Origin: an uncultured bacterium
GTDB taxonomy: Bacteria > Krumholzibacteriota > Krumholzibacteriia > JACNKJ01
Length of the DNA stretch: 64,000 nt
Direction of reading: 5' to 3'
Assembly: GCA_964399495.1 (NCBI GenBank)
Contig: CAYNQX010000017.1
Location: 11,591 to 75,590 of the forward strand
The position numbers and the translations under genes were made by a program. The notes under the pieces were generated by a model. The model was given only the letters and a program-made list of their open reading frames with translations, was not told the DNA's origin and searched no databases. How positions within the stretch are numbered: position 1 is the stretch's first letter; the number at the start of each line of letters is the position of its first letter. This document shows positions 1 through 9,274 of the stretch, in pieces.

Positions 1-63
1 AGTTTCAGTCGCTGTTTCGCCGTCAGGGCGGCGAGGAATCCGTTGTGTGTCGTCCGGGTCATG
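1..63 (-). CDS. 5' end of an unknown CDS that runs off the left edge of the window
   Basis: ATG at 61-63 on the minus strand (MTRTTHNGFLAALTAKQRL...) with a GAGGTG Shine-Dalgarno 6 nt upstream. Only 21 codons fall inside the window. Confidence 0.3.
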
Positions 64-360
64 ATTTCACCTCGCGGTGGAAGGAGCGTCGGTCTCGTCT
101 CGAACACCCTGGACATTGCATCGGGCGTACCTTCCGACCCGATTGAGGGAAAACGCCATAACAAGTGCCCATGACATGAGTTACAGGATGCCCCGTTGCG
201 TCGCTCCGAATGCGGGCAGGCAAGACGTCTCCATATCACGGAGACACCTCCGGGAACTGGAGACTTTTCCGGGCATTTTTTAGGAACTTTCCCCGGCTTC
301 GGGGTTTCGCGCGGGAAGGTCGATCCTTACCTTATTGATAGCGTGAACATTCCCCCCTCC

Positions 361-390
361 TTGACAATATTTTCGGGATCAGGTAAGGAC
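361..390 (+). promoter_or_regulatory. Candidate sigma70-like promoter for carD
   Basis: TTGACA (361-366), a 17-18 nt spacer, then TAAGGA, in a lower-GC intergenic stretch. An AGGAGG RBS lies just before the ATG at 422. Confidence 0.3.
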
Positions 391-421
391 TTGTTTCACG
401 ATTCGTGAACCAGGAGGAATC

Positions 422-907
422 ATGGATTTTGCTCAGGAAGAATTCGTTGTCTACCCGCGCTACGGGGTCGGACGCGTCCTGGGAGTCACGAAGAAGGAGT
501 TCGCCGGGACGACCGAGCGCTGCCTCGGCATCACCTTCGACGAGCAGAACCTGTCCCTCTTCATTCCCGTCCACCGGCTCGAAGACGTGAAGCTGCGCAA
601 GGTCATGTCCCGCAGCATGAGCACCAAGGTGATGGGCGCCATGAAGGCGCGGGCCCGGTTCAACACCGGCGCCACCCACAAGGAGCGGGTGAAGAAGTAC
701 CAGGAAAAGTTCAACAGCGGCGACCCCGTCGAGATGGCCGAAGTGGCCCGTGATCTCGCGCGTCTGTCGAAGCGCCAGGATCTGTCCATGGAAGAGGAGG
801 GCCTCTGCCGCGACTCCATCAACCTGCTGGCCCAGGAGATCTCCATCAGCAGGGACAAGGAGATCGGCGTGGTCAAGAAGGACATCGAGCAGGTGCTCTA
901 CCGCTAG
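422..907 (+). CDS. carD: CarD/CdnL family RNA polymerase-binding transcription regulator
   Basis: 161 aa. The N-terminal segment FVVYPRYGVGRVLGV...CLGITF matches the CarD_CdnL_TRCF domain. Strong RBS. Confidence 0.85.
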   Translation: MDFAQEEFVVYPRYGVGRVLGVTKKEFAGTTERCLGITFDEQNLSLFIPVHRLEDVKLRKVMSRSMSTKVMGAMKARARFNTGATHKERVKKYQEKFNSGDPVEMAEVARDLARLSKRQDLSMEEEGLCRDSINLLAQEISISRDKEIGVVKKDIEQVLYR

Positions 908-999
908 ACGAACCACGACTACCGACGACGACGGCCTCCCCGATTCACGGGGAGGCCGTTTTTATGGAAACGCGATCCGGATTATCCTAGGATGCCCCC

Positions 1000-2559
1000 A
1001 TGACACCCAAGGTCCGACTCGTCGACCTCAGTCGGCAATCCTACAACTTCATGGTGGCGGCAGCCCGCACCTGCTACTCCGGCAAGGGAATCGTCACTCC
1101 CGAGCGTGTGGCGGTCGGACGCCCGTCGGCGCCCGACGCCGAACGCCACGCCGGCCGCGAGCGGATCGCCCGCAGCATCTACCAGGCGGGACACCACACC
1201 ACGCTCCAGCACGGCCAGGTTCAGTTCGCCCTGGAGGGCGTGAGCCGGCTCTTCATCTGGAGCTTCCTCCACGGACACCCCTTCTACAACTCCGAGCAGG
1301 TGAGCCAGCGCTACGTGCCGGTGGCCGACGAGAGCTACCACGTGCCGGAGCTCACGGCTGCGGCGGCGAACGCCTATCGGGAAACCGTGGCCCTGGCCAC
1401 CGACGCCTACTGGCGGCTGGCGAAACGCCTCGAGCCCCGCTGCGAGGCCCTCTACCTGGAGCGCTTCCCCGGCCGCAAGGGCACCGCGAACACGGCCCGC
1501 GAGGTGAGCAAGCTGGCCCTGGAGACCGCCCGCTACGTGCTGCCGCTCGCCACCACCGCCTACCTCTACCACACGGTGAGCGTGCTCACCCTGTTCCGCT
1601 ACCGCCGCCTGGCCGAGCAGCGGGACGCCGGCGCCGAGACCCGCGCCGTCCTGGACGCCATGGTCGAAGAGCTCCTGCGCGCCGAGCCCGAGTACGCCGC
1701 CCTGCTCCAGGAGCCGATTCCCCTCGACGAGACCCCCGAGGCCGCCTTCCTCGACGCCCGCGAGGCCGCGCCGGGCGAGGGCGCGCGCTTCCGCCGAGCC
1801 TTCGACGACTCCCTGGCCGGCCGCGGCAGCCGCCTCGTCTCGGCCTCTGAGAACGCCGAACAGCTCGTGGCGAGCGCCGTCCGCGAGGTGCTCGGCCTGC
1901 CGCCCGACGCCCTGTCCGACGAGGAAGCGCTCGCCCTCAGCCTCGACCCGGGCCGCAACCGGCTCTGGGGCGAGACCCTCAACCTGTCCACCCTCGACCG
2001 CCTGGCGCGCCCGCTGCATCACGTCCACTACAGCTTCCGGCGGCGCCTGAGCCACACGGCCGACAGCCAGGACCAGCGCCACCGCATGACCCCCGCCAGC
2101 CGCCCCTCGCTGCTGAGCCAGGAGGACGGCGAGCCGGACTACGTCGTCCCCACCCTCGTGGCGGAGACGCCGGGGGCCGAGGAGCTCTACCGGGAAACCA
2201 TGGAGCGAATCTGGGAGGGGATCGGCCGATTCCGAGCGGCCGGCGGCAGCGCCCAGGACGCCCTCTACCTGCTGCCCAACGCCAAGTGCGTCCGCTACAC
2301 CGAGAGCGCCGACCTGCTGAACTACCGGCACAAGGCCGCCATGCGGCTCTGCTACAACGCCCAGGAGGAGATCTGGCGGCTCACCCGCGAGGAGGTGCTG
2401 CAGATCGCCGAGCGGCATCCGCGCATCGGCGCCTACCTGCTGCCGCCCTGCGGCGCGCGCAAGCTGGCCGCGTCGAGCCCCCTCTGCCCCGAGGGTGACC
2501 GCTACTGCGGCGTGCCGGTGTGGCGGATGGAGACGTCCGAGACCGCGCGCGTTCTCTGA
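1000..2559 (+). CDS. Tandem ThyX-like (FAD-dependent thymidylate synthase fold) protein; the first domain lacks the RHR motif
   Basis: 519 aa. Domain 1: ...SFLHGHPFYNSEQVSQRYVP aligns to the ThyX segment RHRxxSxxxxSQRYV, but RHR is replaced by HGH. Domain 2 retains QRHRMTPASRPS and a second ...ALYLLPNA... helix block. Confidence 0.55.
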   Translation: MTPKVRLVDLSRQSYNFMVAAARTCYSGKGIVTPERVAVGRPSAPDAERHAGRERIARSIYQAGHHTTLQHGQVQFALEGVSRLFIWSFLHGHPFYNSEQVSQRYVPVADESYHVPELTAAAANAYRETVALATDAYWRLAKRLEPRCEALYLERFPGRKGTANTAREVSKLALETARYVLPLATTAYLYHTVSVLTLFRYRRLAEQRDAGAETRAVLDAMVEELLRAEPEYAALLQEPIPLDETPEAAFLDAREAAPGEGARFRRAFDDSLAGRGSRLVSASENAEQLVASAVREVLGLPPDALSDEEALALSLDPGRNRLWGETLNLSTLDRLARPLHHVHYSFRRRLSHTADSQDQRHRMTPASRPSLLSQEDGEPDYVVPTLVAETPGAEELYRETMERIWEGIGRFRAAGGSAQDALYLLPNAKCVRYTESADLLNYRHKAAMRLCYNAQEEIWRLTREEVLQIAERHPRIGAYLLPPCGARKLAASSPLCPEGDRYCGVPVWRMETSETARVL

Positions 2560-2589
2560 TATCCGTCCTGCGGCTCCGCTCTGCCGAAC

Positions 2590-3840
2590 TCAGACCGAAT
2601 CCCCCTCCGACTCCGCTCCCCGCACCGCCTCCGCAAGCAGCTCCGCCGGGTGCATCACCCGAGCCGAGCCGCGACGAGCCGACAGGCTCGCCTCCCACTG
2701 CAGTCGGCAGCCGGTGTTGGCCGTAAGCAGCACATCGGCGCCGGTGGCGTCGAAATCGGCGAGGCGGCTCTCGATCATGCCCCGGGAGAGCTCGGGCTGA
2801 CGCAGGAAATAGGTGCCCCCCGCGCCGCAGCAGCGGTCGGCGTGGGGAAGCTCCACGCGCTCCAGGTTTCCCACGGCGTCCAGCAGCGCTCGCGGTTCCG
2901 CGGCGATGCCCTGCACGTGGACAGCATGGCAGGGATCGTCGTAGGCCACGCGACGGGTCGCCGGCAGCGAAGCGCCCTCGAACAGGTCAGGGGTCAACAC
3001 CTCGCCGAGGTCCCGCACCCGCGCGCTGAACTCGCGGGCGCGGTCGGCCCAGTCCGGGTCGTCCGCGAGCCAATCGCCGTACTCCTTCAGGGCCGCGCCG
3101 CAGCCGGCGGCCTCGGTCACCACCGGCAGTTCGCCCTCCAGGGCCTCGATGTTCCTGCGCGCCAGCCCGCAAGCCCCCTCCAGATCGCCCAGGTGTCGAT
3201 GCACCGCGCCGCAGCAGGTCCAGTCGTCGGGCAGGGCGTAGCCGCCGGCCCTCTCGAGAAGGGTCAGGCTGGCCGCCTCCTCGTCGGGGAACAGCAGGCC
3301 GCCCACGCAGCCGGGGAAGTAGAGGAACGAGGGTTCGGCGCGGGGCGACGGCGGCGTCTTCCGGCGACCCACCGACGGCAGCCAGGCGAGGCCCCGCATC
3401 CACGAGAGCCCCGGCAACCGATGCAGACGCAGCAGCCGCAACCCCCGATGCAGACGCAGCCACGTGAACAGCCGCAGCGCCCATCGCCACTTGCGCAGCC
3501 GATCGGGCCGCGTGACCAGGTTCTCCAGGGCCCAGCGGCCGAGGCGGCTCCCCTCGCCCCGCGTCGCCGCCAGCCGTTCGCGGGCATGGTCGAGCATGCC
3601 GCCGAAGGGCGCCCCGGCGGGACAGCGCGCCTGGCAGGCCAGGCAGCCCACGCACTCGTCGAGATGATGGACCCAGCTCGCCCGCCCCTCCTCGTCCCGG
3701 CCGAGCGCCTCCATGAGACGGATCCGCCCGCGGGGACCGGACGCCTCGTCGCGCCTCAGGTCGTAGGTGGGACAGACCTCCAGGCAGAGCCCGCAGTTCA
3801 CGCACTCCAGCAGGTCGAAGGGCCGGGTGAATTCAGCCAA
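2590..3840 (-). CDS. glcF: Glycolate oxidase iron-sulfur subunit-like protein (GlcF type; 2x[4Fe-4S] plus CCG domains)
   Basis: 416 aa. Contains CVNCGLCLEVCPTYD...CVGCLACQARCPAG and C-terminal cysteine-rich CCG motifs. Overlaps the upstream FAD-oxidase gene by 8 nt. Confidence 0.75.
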   Translation of the reverse strand: MAEFTRPFDLLECVNCGLCLEVCPTYDLRRDEASGPRGRIRLMEALGRDEEGRASWVHHLDECVGCLACQARCPAGAPFGGMLDHARERLAATRGEGSRLGRWALENLVTRPDRLRKWRWALRLFTWLRLHRGLRLLRLHRLPGLSWMRGLAWLPSVGRRKTPPSPRAEPSFLYFPGCVGGLLFPDEEAASLTLLERAGGYALPDDWTCCGAVHRHLGDLEGACGLARRNIEALEGELPVVTEAAGCGAALKEYGDWLADDPDWADRAREFSARVRDLGEVLTPDLFEGASLPATRRVAYDDPCHAVHVQGIAAEPRALLDAVGNLERVELPHADRCCGAGGTYFLRQPELSRGMIESRLADFDATGADVLLTANTGCRLQWEASLSARRGSARVMHPAELLAEAVRGAESEGDSV

Positions 3841-6439
3841 AGAGCCACCTCCCGGCCGCGAGGCGTCCCTCGGGATCCAGGCTCCGCGCCACTCTCTCGA
3901 GGAAAGGTCGTCCCGCGATGCCCTCGAATTCCGCGGGGCTCTCCGTCCCCCGGCAGTTGATCCAGCAGCTGCGAACGAGCACCAGGCTCCCGGGCGAGAG
4001 GGGCTGCGCGACGTCGCCGGCCGGCGCGGCGTGGCGCAGGCGGCGCCCCGGCAGGTCGAGGGCCCATTCGCCGCCGAGATCGTCCAGCTGGGCCATGAGG
4101 CGCAGCAGCTCGCCCCTCAGCTCTCGCAGCTTGCGTCGCTCCCCGTGGGCCGGCGCGCAGGGGAAGTCGCGAATCGCGGTGTGCCAGGGCCCCCGCTCGC
4201 CCTCCTCCCGGGCCGTCTCCCGCGGCAGCAGGGCCTCCCGGCTCAGGATCTCGAGCAACCGCCGCTCCTGACTCTCGACGCTCTCCTCGCGTCCCTCGAG
4301 CGACACGGCCACCTGGGTCGCCCGCTGCAGACCGTCGAGAGCCAGGTCCGGCCCCAGCATGAGCAGGCCGGCGGGGAAATCGCAATGACGGAAGATCCGT
4401 AGCGCCGCCTCCCTCGCGCGGGCCGGATCCGCGTAGCCGAGAAGCAGCAGACGTCGATGCTCCACGCGCGGCCGCGTGCGCAGGCGCAGCTCGGTCACCA
4501 GCGCCAGGGCGCCGCGACTGCCCGCGAGGAGACGGCAGAGATCGTAGCCCGTGACGTTCTTCACCACCCGGCCGCCGGCCGTGAAGGGACTGCCGTCGGC
4601 GAGCAGGCCCGAGAGCCCGAGCAGACGATCCCGCGGACTGCGCTGTCCGCCCCGCCAGGGCCAGGACTCGTCGGCGGCCACCACCCCGCCGACGCTGCGC
4701 TGATCGGGATGGGACAGGGTCCAGTCGAGTTCGCGATCCGCCCCGGCCAGGAACTCCCGCAGCTCCTCCCAGGGCGTGCCGGCCTGCACGGTCACGTGGA
4801 AATCGTCGGGCTGGTGGTCGACGATGCCGCGCAGCGAGGCGGTGGACAGCACCCACTGCACGGGCCCCGGCAGCTGGGGCAACTCGTCCAGGAGTCGAAC
4901 GCCGCTCGGGAAGATGAGCTTCCCCTGCCCCTGCCGGTCCTCGAGGATCTCCTCGAGTTCGTCCACGCTCTCGGGCCGGAAGAAGCGCGGCTCCTCGGTC
5001 TCGCTGCTGCCCTCGGGCGTCGTGACGACTCGCAGGGGCGTGCCGCCCGGCCTGAGATCCGCCGGCGGGAAGATCTTCCCGGGATTGAGGATCCCGTGGG
5101 AATCGAGCCCCTTCTTCAGGCGCAGGAGCGGCTCCCTGTCCTCCGGGCTCAGGGCCCGGGGCAGGAAGGCCGACTTCTCGATGCCGATGCCGTGCTCGCC
5201 GCTGAGCGTGCCGTCCAGCTCCACCGCGAGATCCATGATCCCTTCGGTGAGCTCGTGGAGGCGGCGCATCTGCCTGGGATCCTCGCGGTCGAAGCCGATG
5301 TTGGGGTGCAGGTTGCCGTCGCCGGCGTGGAACACGTTGGCCACCGGGAGATCGTGCTCCAGCGCCATTTCGCCCACGCGCCGGATCGCCTCGGACAGGC
5401 GGCTGATCGGCACGCAGATGTCCTGAACGCAGATGTCGCGGTAGAGGCGGCCGAGCGCTCCGAAGGCGCCCTTGCGGCCGCGCCAGAGCAGGCGGCGCTG
5501 CTCCGGGTCTTCCGCCTCCTTCACCCAGAGCGCGCCCTGGTCCGCGAGCAGGGGCCGCAGCTCCTCGCGCGCCCGGACCACCTCGGGGTCGAGACCGTCC
5601 AGCTCCAGCAGCAGCACGGCCTCGGCCGTGGCGGGATAGCCCGCCCGGAACACCGATCCCTCGACGGCCCGGATCGCCTCCCGGTCGAGGATCTCCACCG
5701 CCGCGGGCCGATGCCCGCGCGCGAGGATCTCCGCCACCACCGCGCAGGCGCTCTCCAGGCTCGCGAAGGGGGCGAGCAGGGTCGCCACCGCCTCCGGCAG
5801 CGGGGTGAGCTGGAGTTCGAGGGCGGTCACCAGGGACAGGGTGCCCTCGCTGCCCGTGACGAGACCCGCCGCGTCGAGGGGATCGCCTCCCGGCGAGCCG
5901 CTGCCCAGGCGATGGATCTCGCCGTGCTCGTCCACGATCTCCATGCCCAGCAGGTGCTGGGTCGTCACGCCGATCTTGAAGCAGTGGGGACCGCCGGCGT
6001 TCTCCGCCACGTTGCCCCCCAGGGTCGAGACGGTCTGGCTGCTGGGATCCGGGGCGAAGTGGAGGCCGGCCGGCGCGACGAGCTCCTGCAGCTCGAGGTT
6101 CACCAGACCCGGTTCGACCCAGGCCCGCCGCGCCTGGGCGCTCCAGTCGAGCACCCGACGCATGCGGGTGAAGGAGATCAGCAGCCCGCCCTCCAGCGGC
6201 ACGGCGCCGCCGGACAGTCCGGTGCCCGCGCCGCGGGCGGTCACGGGCACGTTCTCCGCGGCGGCCAGCTTCATGATGGCCGCGCAGTCCTCGCTGCTTC
6301 TCGGGAAGAGCACGAGATCGGGTGGACGCCGGAACACCCGCTGGCTGTCGCACTCGTAGAGCGCTCTCAGGGCCGGGGCCTCCAGGATGTCCTCCGCCGC
6401 GAGGATCCTGCTCAGCTCTCTGCGGAGCCGTTCGATCAT
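3833..6439 (-). CDS. Fused FAD-linked oxidase GlcD-GlcE (two FAD-binding PCMH-type domains)
   Basis: 868 aa. N-terminal half has the FAD-binding 4 motif (TARGAGTGLSGGAVPLEGG) and a GlcD-like C-terminus. C-terminal half is GlcE-like (LIFPSGVRLL...TGYDLCRLLAGSRGALALVTE). Confidence 0.75.
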   Translation of the reverse strand: MIERLRRELSRILAAEDILEAPALRALYECDSQRVFRRPPDLVLFPRSSEDCAAIMKLAAAENVPVTARGAGTGLSGGAVPLEGGLLISFTRMRRVLDWSAQARRAWVEPGLVNLELQELVAPAGLHFAPDPSSQTVSTLGGNVAENAGGPHCFKIGVTTQHLLGMEIVDEHGEIHRLGSGSPGGDPLDAAGLVTGSEGTLSLVTALELQLTPLPEAVATLLAPFASLESACAVVAEILARGHRPAAVEILDREAIRAVEGSVFRAGYPATAEAVLLLELDGLDPEVVRAREELRPLLADQGALWVKEAEDPEQRRLLWRGRKGAFGALGRLYRDICVQDICVPISRLSEAIRRVGEMALEHDLPVANVFHAGDGNLHPNIGFDREDPRQMRRLHELTEGIMDLAVELDGTLSGEHGIGIEKSAFLPRALSPEDREPLLRLKKGLDSHGILNPGKIFPPADLRPGGTPLRVVTTPEGSSETEEPRFFRPESVDELEEILEDRQGQGKLIFPSGVRLLDELPQLPGPVQWVLSTASLRGIVDHQPDDFHVTVQAGTPWEELREFLAGADRELDWTLSHPDQRSVGGVVAADESWPWRGGQRSPRDRLLGLSGLLADGSPFTAGGRVVKNVTGYDLCRLLAGSRGALALVTELRLRTRPRVEHRRLLLLGYADPARAREAALRIFRHCDFPAGLLMLGPDLALDGLQRATQVAVSLEGREESVESQERRLLEILSREALLPRETAREEGERGPWHTAIRDFPCAPAHGERRKLRELRGELLRLMAQLDDLGGEWALDLPGRRLRHAAPAGDVAQPLSPGSLVLVRSCWINCRGTESPAEFEGIAGRPFLERVARSLDPEGRLAAGRWLFG

Positions 6440-6502
6440 AGTCCCCCAGGTTCCGGGCTCACGGGGTCCCGCCGGTCGTCGCCGGCGCTCATGGCGACTC
6501 GC

Positions 6503-8302
6503 TCAGTCGAGGAGGTCTTCGTCCAGGAGCCGTCCGTAGGAGTCGTAGACCTCCAGCCTCACACCTTCCGCGCTGTAGTCGATGATGCAGAAGTGCTGCA
6601 CCGTACTGAAGGCCGACAGCTTGTCCGCCCATGGCAGGTCGAGTTCCTGCGCGTAGAAGGGCGCGCCCACGCCGCCGCTCACGATCTGCCACACCGGCAC
6701 GGTGTAGTTCGGTCCCATGCGCGAGTCGACGCGGAGCCGGCTGTAGTTGTGCTCGTCGCCGAAGCCCACGACGCGCACGCGGTGGTCCATGAGGATCCGC
6801 CAGAAGCGGGCGCGCATCTCGAGCACGTCGGGCAGACGTCCGCTCCAGTACATGCCGTCGCCGCTGTGGCCGCCGCAGGGGAAGGCCGGTTCGTGGGCGT
6901 AGACGAACACCTCCTGCTGGCCGGCGGCGCGCGCGGCGGCAAGGTCGTCGTTCAGCCAGGCCAGCTCCTCGTCGGGCAGCCAGCCCTCGCGGTAGCCGCC
7001 GAAGCGATCCGGATGGCTCGACACGTCGTAGGTGTTGTTCATGGCGACCACGTGCACGGGCCCGATGTCGAAGGAGTAGACGTTTTCGCCGTAGGGCTGG
7101 ACGCCCTCGCCGGGAGGCTGCGCCGGCCCGTTCTCCGGCGACACGAAGGCCTCGGCGAAGAGCGTCTCGCTGCTCTCGGCGCCGGCGCGATCGCGGTAGG
7201 CGCTCGTGAGCCCACGGTCCGGATCGGAGAAGTCGTCGGCCAGCATCTCGTGGTTGCCCATGCCCTCGTAGATCGGCAGGCGCGGGCCGACGCACTCGGC
7301 GGCCTTCTTCCAGGCGGCGAGCTGGGCGGCGTAGTGGGCGGGCTTGTCGGTGTAGCCGTCGATGAGGTCGCCGCCGAAGCAGATCAGGTCGGCGCCCGCG
7401 CGCTCGGCCTGCACGAACAGGCGGCGGATCATCTTGCGGTTGGTGCCCTCGACGGCCTGGAGCGCGCCGGCGGCGGCCCCGCGGCTGTCGCTGAGAAAGG
7501 CGAGGCGCAGGTGGCCGTCCGCGGGCCAGGCGCCGACGGGGGGCGCGGTGGTGAACTCCCACCGGCGCGGCGTGACGTGGCGCCCCGCGTCGTCCATCAC
7601 CACGACGGTGTAGGCGTACCGGCGTTCGGGCTCGAGGCCGGTGAGCTCCTGCTCGGAGTGGCCGTCGCACCAGAGGATCTCCTCCCGCCAGAGCTCGGGA
7701 TCCACGTCGGCGGGGCCGTAGCGCAGGCGCACCTCGGCGGGCAGGTCGAGACTCCAGCTGATCCAGGCGGTCTCCGGCCCGACGCGGTCGAGCCAGGGAC
7801 CCGAGGTGAGGCAGGGAAGCCGCCACCAGGAGTCGCCGTCGCGCAGGTAGGCGAAGCGGAAGTAGCGGTATTCCAGCTTGCGGCTGGCGGGCACGAAGAG
7901 CTCGAGCCGTCCGCGCACGACTCCGCCGCCGGCGTCGATCTGCAGGTTCGCGTCCACTCTCGGATGCTGGACCCTGTCCAGGCGCACCGAGGCCTCGTGG
8001 AGGTCGCGAGGCTCGTCGCCCTTCTCGCGGGACGAGAAGCGGAAGCGGGGATCGCGGTAGGGATCGTCGGCCATGTCGACGCCGTAGACGAGCCGGCCGG
8101 GCGGCAGCGGCTCGACGCTTCGCCAGCGCACCGTCACGCGCCCCTCGTCCTCGAACACCAGTTCGGGATCGTCGAGGAAGACGTGACGGGCGGCCTCGGC
8201 CGTCGTAACCGGAGCGAGGATACCCGTAATCAGGATGAGGGCGCACAGGGCGCCGAGCGTGGCGGTCTTGTTGTGGTTGTTCATGCTTCCAGATAAGCGC
8301 AT
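6503..8302 (-). CDS. Secreted calcineurin-like metallophosphoesterase (purple acid phosphatase-like)
   Basis: 599 aa with a signal peptide. Motifs: LAFLSDSRG, ICFGGDLIDGY, GNHE, VYAHEP. Confidence 0.7.
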   Translation of the reverse strand: MRLSGSMNNHNKTATLGALCALILITGILAPVTTAEAARHVFLDDPELVFEDEGRVTVRWRSVEPLPPGRLVYGVDMADDPYRDPRFRFSSREKGDEPRDLHEASVRLDRVQHPRVDANLQIDAGGGVVRGRLELFVPASRKLEYRYFRFAYLRDGDSWWRLPCLTSGPWLDRVGPETAWISWSLDLPAEVRLRYGPADVDPELWREEILWCDGHSEQELTGLEPERRYAYTVVVMDDAGRHVTPRRWEFTTAPPVGAWPADGHLRLAFLSDSRGAAAGALQAVEGTNRKMIRRLFVQAERAGADLICFGGDLIDGYTDKPAHYAAQLAAWKKAAECVGPRLPIYEGMGNHEMLADDFSDPDRGLTSAYRDRAGAESSETLFAEAFVSPENGPAQPPGEGVQPYGENVYSFDIGPVHVVAMNNTYDVSSHPDRFGGYREGWLPDEELAWLNDDLAAARAAGQQEVFVYAHEPAFPCGGHSGDGMYWSGRLPDVLEMRARFWRILMDHRVRVVGFGDEHNYSRLRVDSRMGPNYTVPVWQIVSGGVGAPFYAQELDLPWADKLSAFSTVQHFCIIDYSAEGVRLEVYDSYGRLLDEDLLD

Positions 8303-8396
8303 CGACGGGTTCGGGTCAACGAATCCCGCACCCCGCGCCCTTGCGGGTACGAAGGGGAGCGCCTATCCTGGCCCGGACTCCGATCGGCGAGGAAAC

Positions 8397-9269
8397 ATGA
8401 GCCCGAAGCAGAAACCGCTGCGCCGCCCCGACTGGCTCAAGGTGAAGCTGGACACCGGCGACGACTACCGCGAACTCAAGCGCCTCGTGGGCGCCTCCGC
8501 GCTCAACACCGTGTGCGAGGAGGCGCGTTGCCCCAACCTGCACGAGTGCTGGAACGCGCGCACGGCGACCTTCCTGCTTCTGGGCGAGACCTGCACCCGC
8601 CACTGCAGCTTCTGCAGCGTGGGCAAGGGCAAGCCGGCGCCGCCCGATCCGGACGAGCCGCGCCGCGTGGCCGAGGCCGTGGCCGCCATGGGCTGCCGGC
8701 ACGCGGTGCTGACCAGCGTCGACCGCGACGACCTGCCCGACCTGGGCGCCGGCCACTGGGCCGCGACTCTGTCGGCGCTGCGCGAGCGGAACCCAGGCGT
8801 GACCGTGGAAACCCTGATCCCCGACTTCCAGGGCGAACGCGATGCGCTGGCCCTGGTGATGGAGGGGCGCCCCGAGGTGCTGAGCCACAACGTGGAGACG
8901 GTGCCGGAGCTCTACAAGCCGGTGCGCACCGACTCGAGCTGGGAGCGTTCGCTCTCGGTGCTGCGCATGGCCGCCGAGTGGCGCCAGGAATACGGCGTGC
9001 GCACGAAAACGGGGATGATGCTGGGCCTCGGCGAGACCCGCGAACAGGTGATCGCCGCCATGGAGAGCGTGCTCGCGACCGGTTGCGAGATTATCACGCT
9101 CGGCCAGTACCTTCCGCCCACGCGCGCCCACCTGCCGGTTAAGCGATTCGTGACGCCCGAGGAGTTCGCGGAGCTCAAGGCGCTGGGCGAGAAGCTGGGC
9201 TTCCGCCACGTCGAGTCCGGTCCCTTCGTGCGGTCGAGCTACCGCGCGGAGACGCACATTCACGTCTGA
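8397..9269 (+). CDS. lipA: Lipoyl synthase
   Basis: PDWLKVKL, EARCPNLHECW and the radical-SAM cluster CTRHCSFC. The start is the internal ATG at 8397 (MSPKQKPLRRPDW); the track ORF extends upstream to 8235. Confidence 0.9.
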   Translation: MSPKQKPLRRPDWLKVKLDTGDDYRELKRLVGASALNTVCEEARCPNLHECWNARTATFLLLGETCTRHCSFCSVGKGKPAPPDPDEPRRVAEAVAAMGCRHAVLTSVDRDDLPDLGAGHWAATLSALRERNPGVTVETLIPDFQGERDALALVMEGRPEVLSHNVETVPELYKPVRTDSSWERSLSVLRMAAEWRQEYGVRTKTGMMLGLGETREQVIAAMESVLATGCEIITLGQYLPPTRAHLPVKRFVTPEEFAELKALGEKLGFRHVESGPFVRSSYRAETHIHV

Positions 9270-9274
9270 GGCTC

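Noticed and set aside
3400-3470. A tandem repeat of about 24 nt (ccgatgcagacgcagc...) that could be mistaken for a mini-array
   Set aside because: It lies inside the glcF-like coding sequence and encodes a repeated RLLRLHR peptide. There is no spacer structure and it is not a CRISPR.
3798-8296. Very long ORFs antisense to or overlapping real genes (for example 4457-8296 +, 3798-6353 -, 52989-55268 -, 20907-23123 +, 35787-37493 -, 18302-18913 +)
   Set aside because: They are typical stop-codon-poor alternative frames in ~70% GC DNA. Their translations are low-complexity and Arg/Ala/Gly/Pro-rich, while the opposite or other frame gives clean homologues (GlcD, phosphoesterase, HdrL, FliD-like, MATE).
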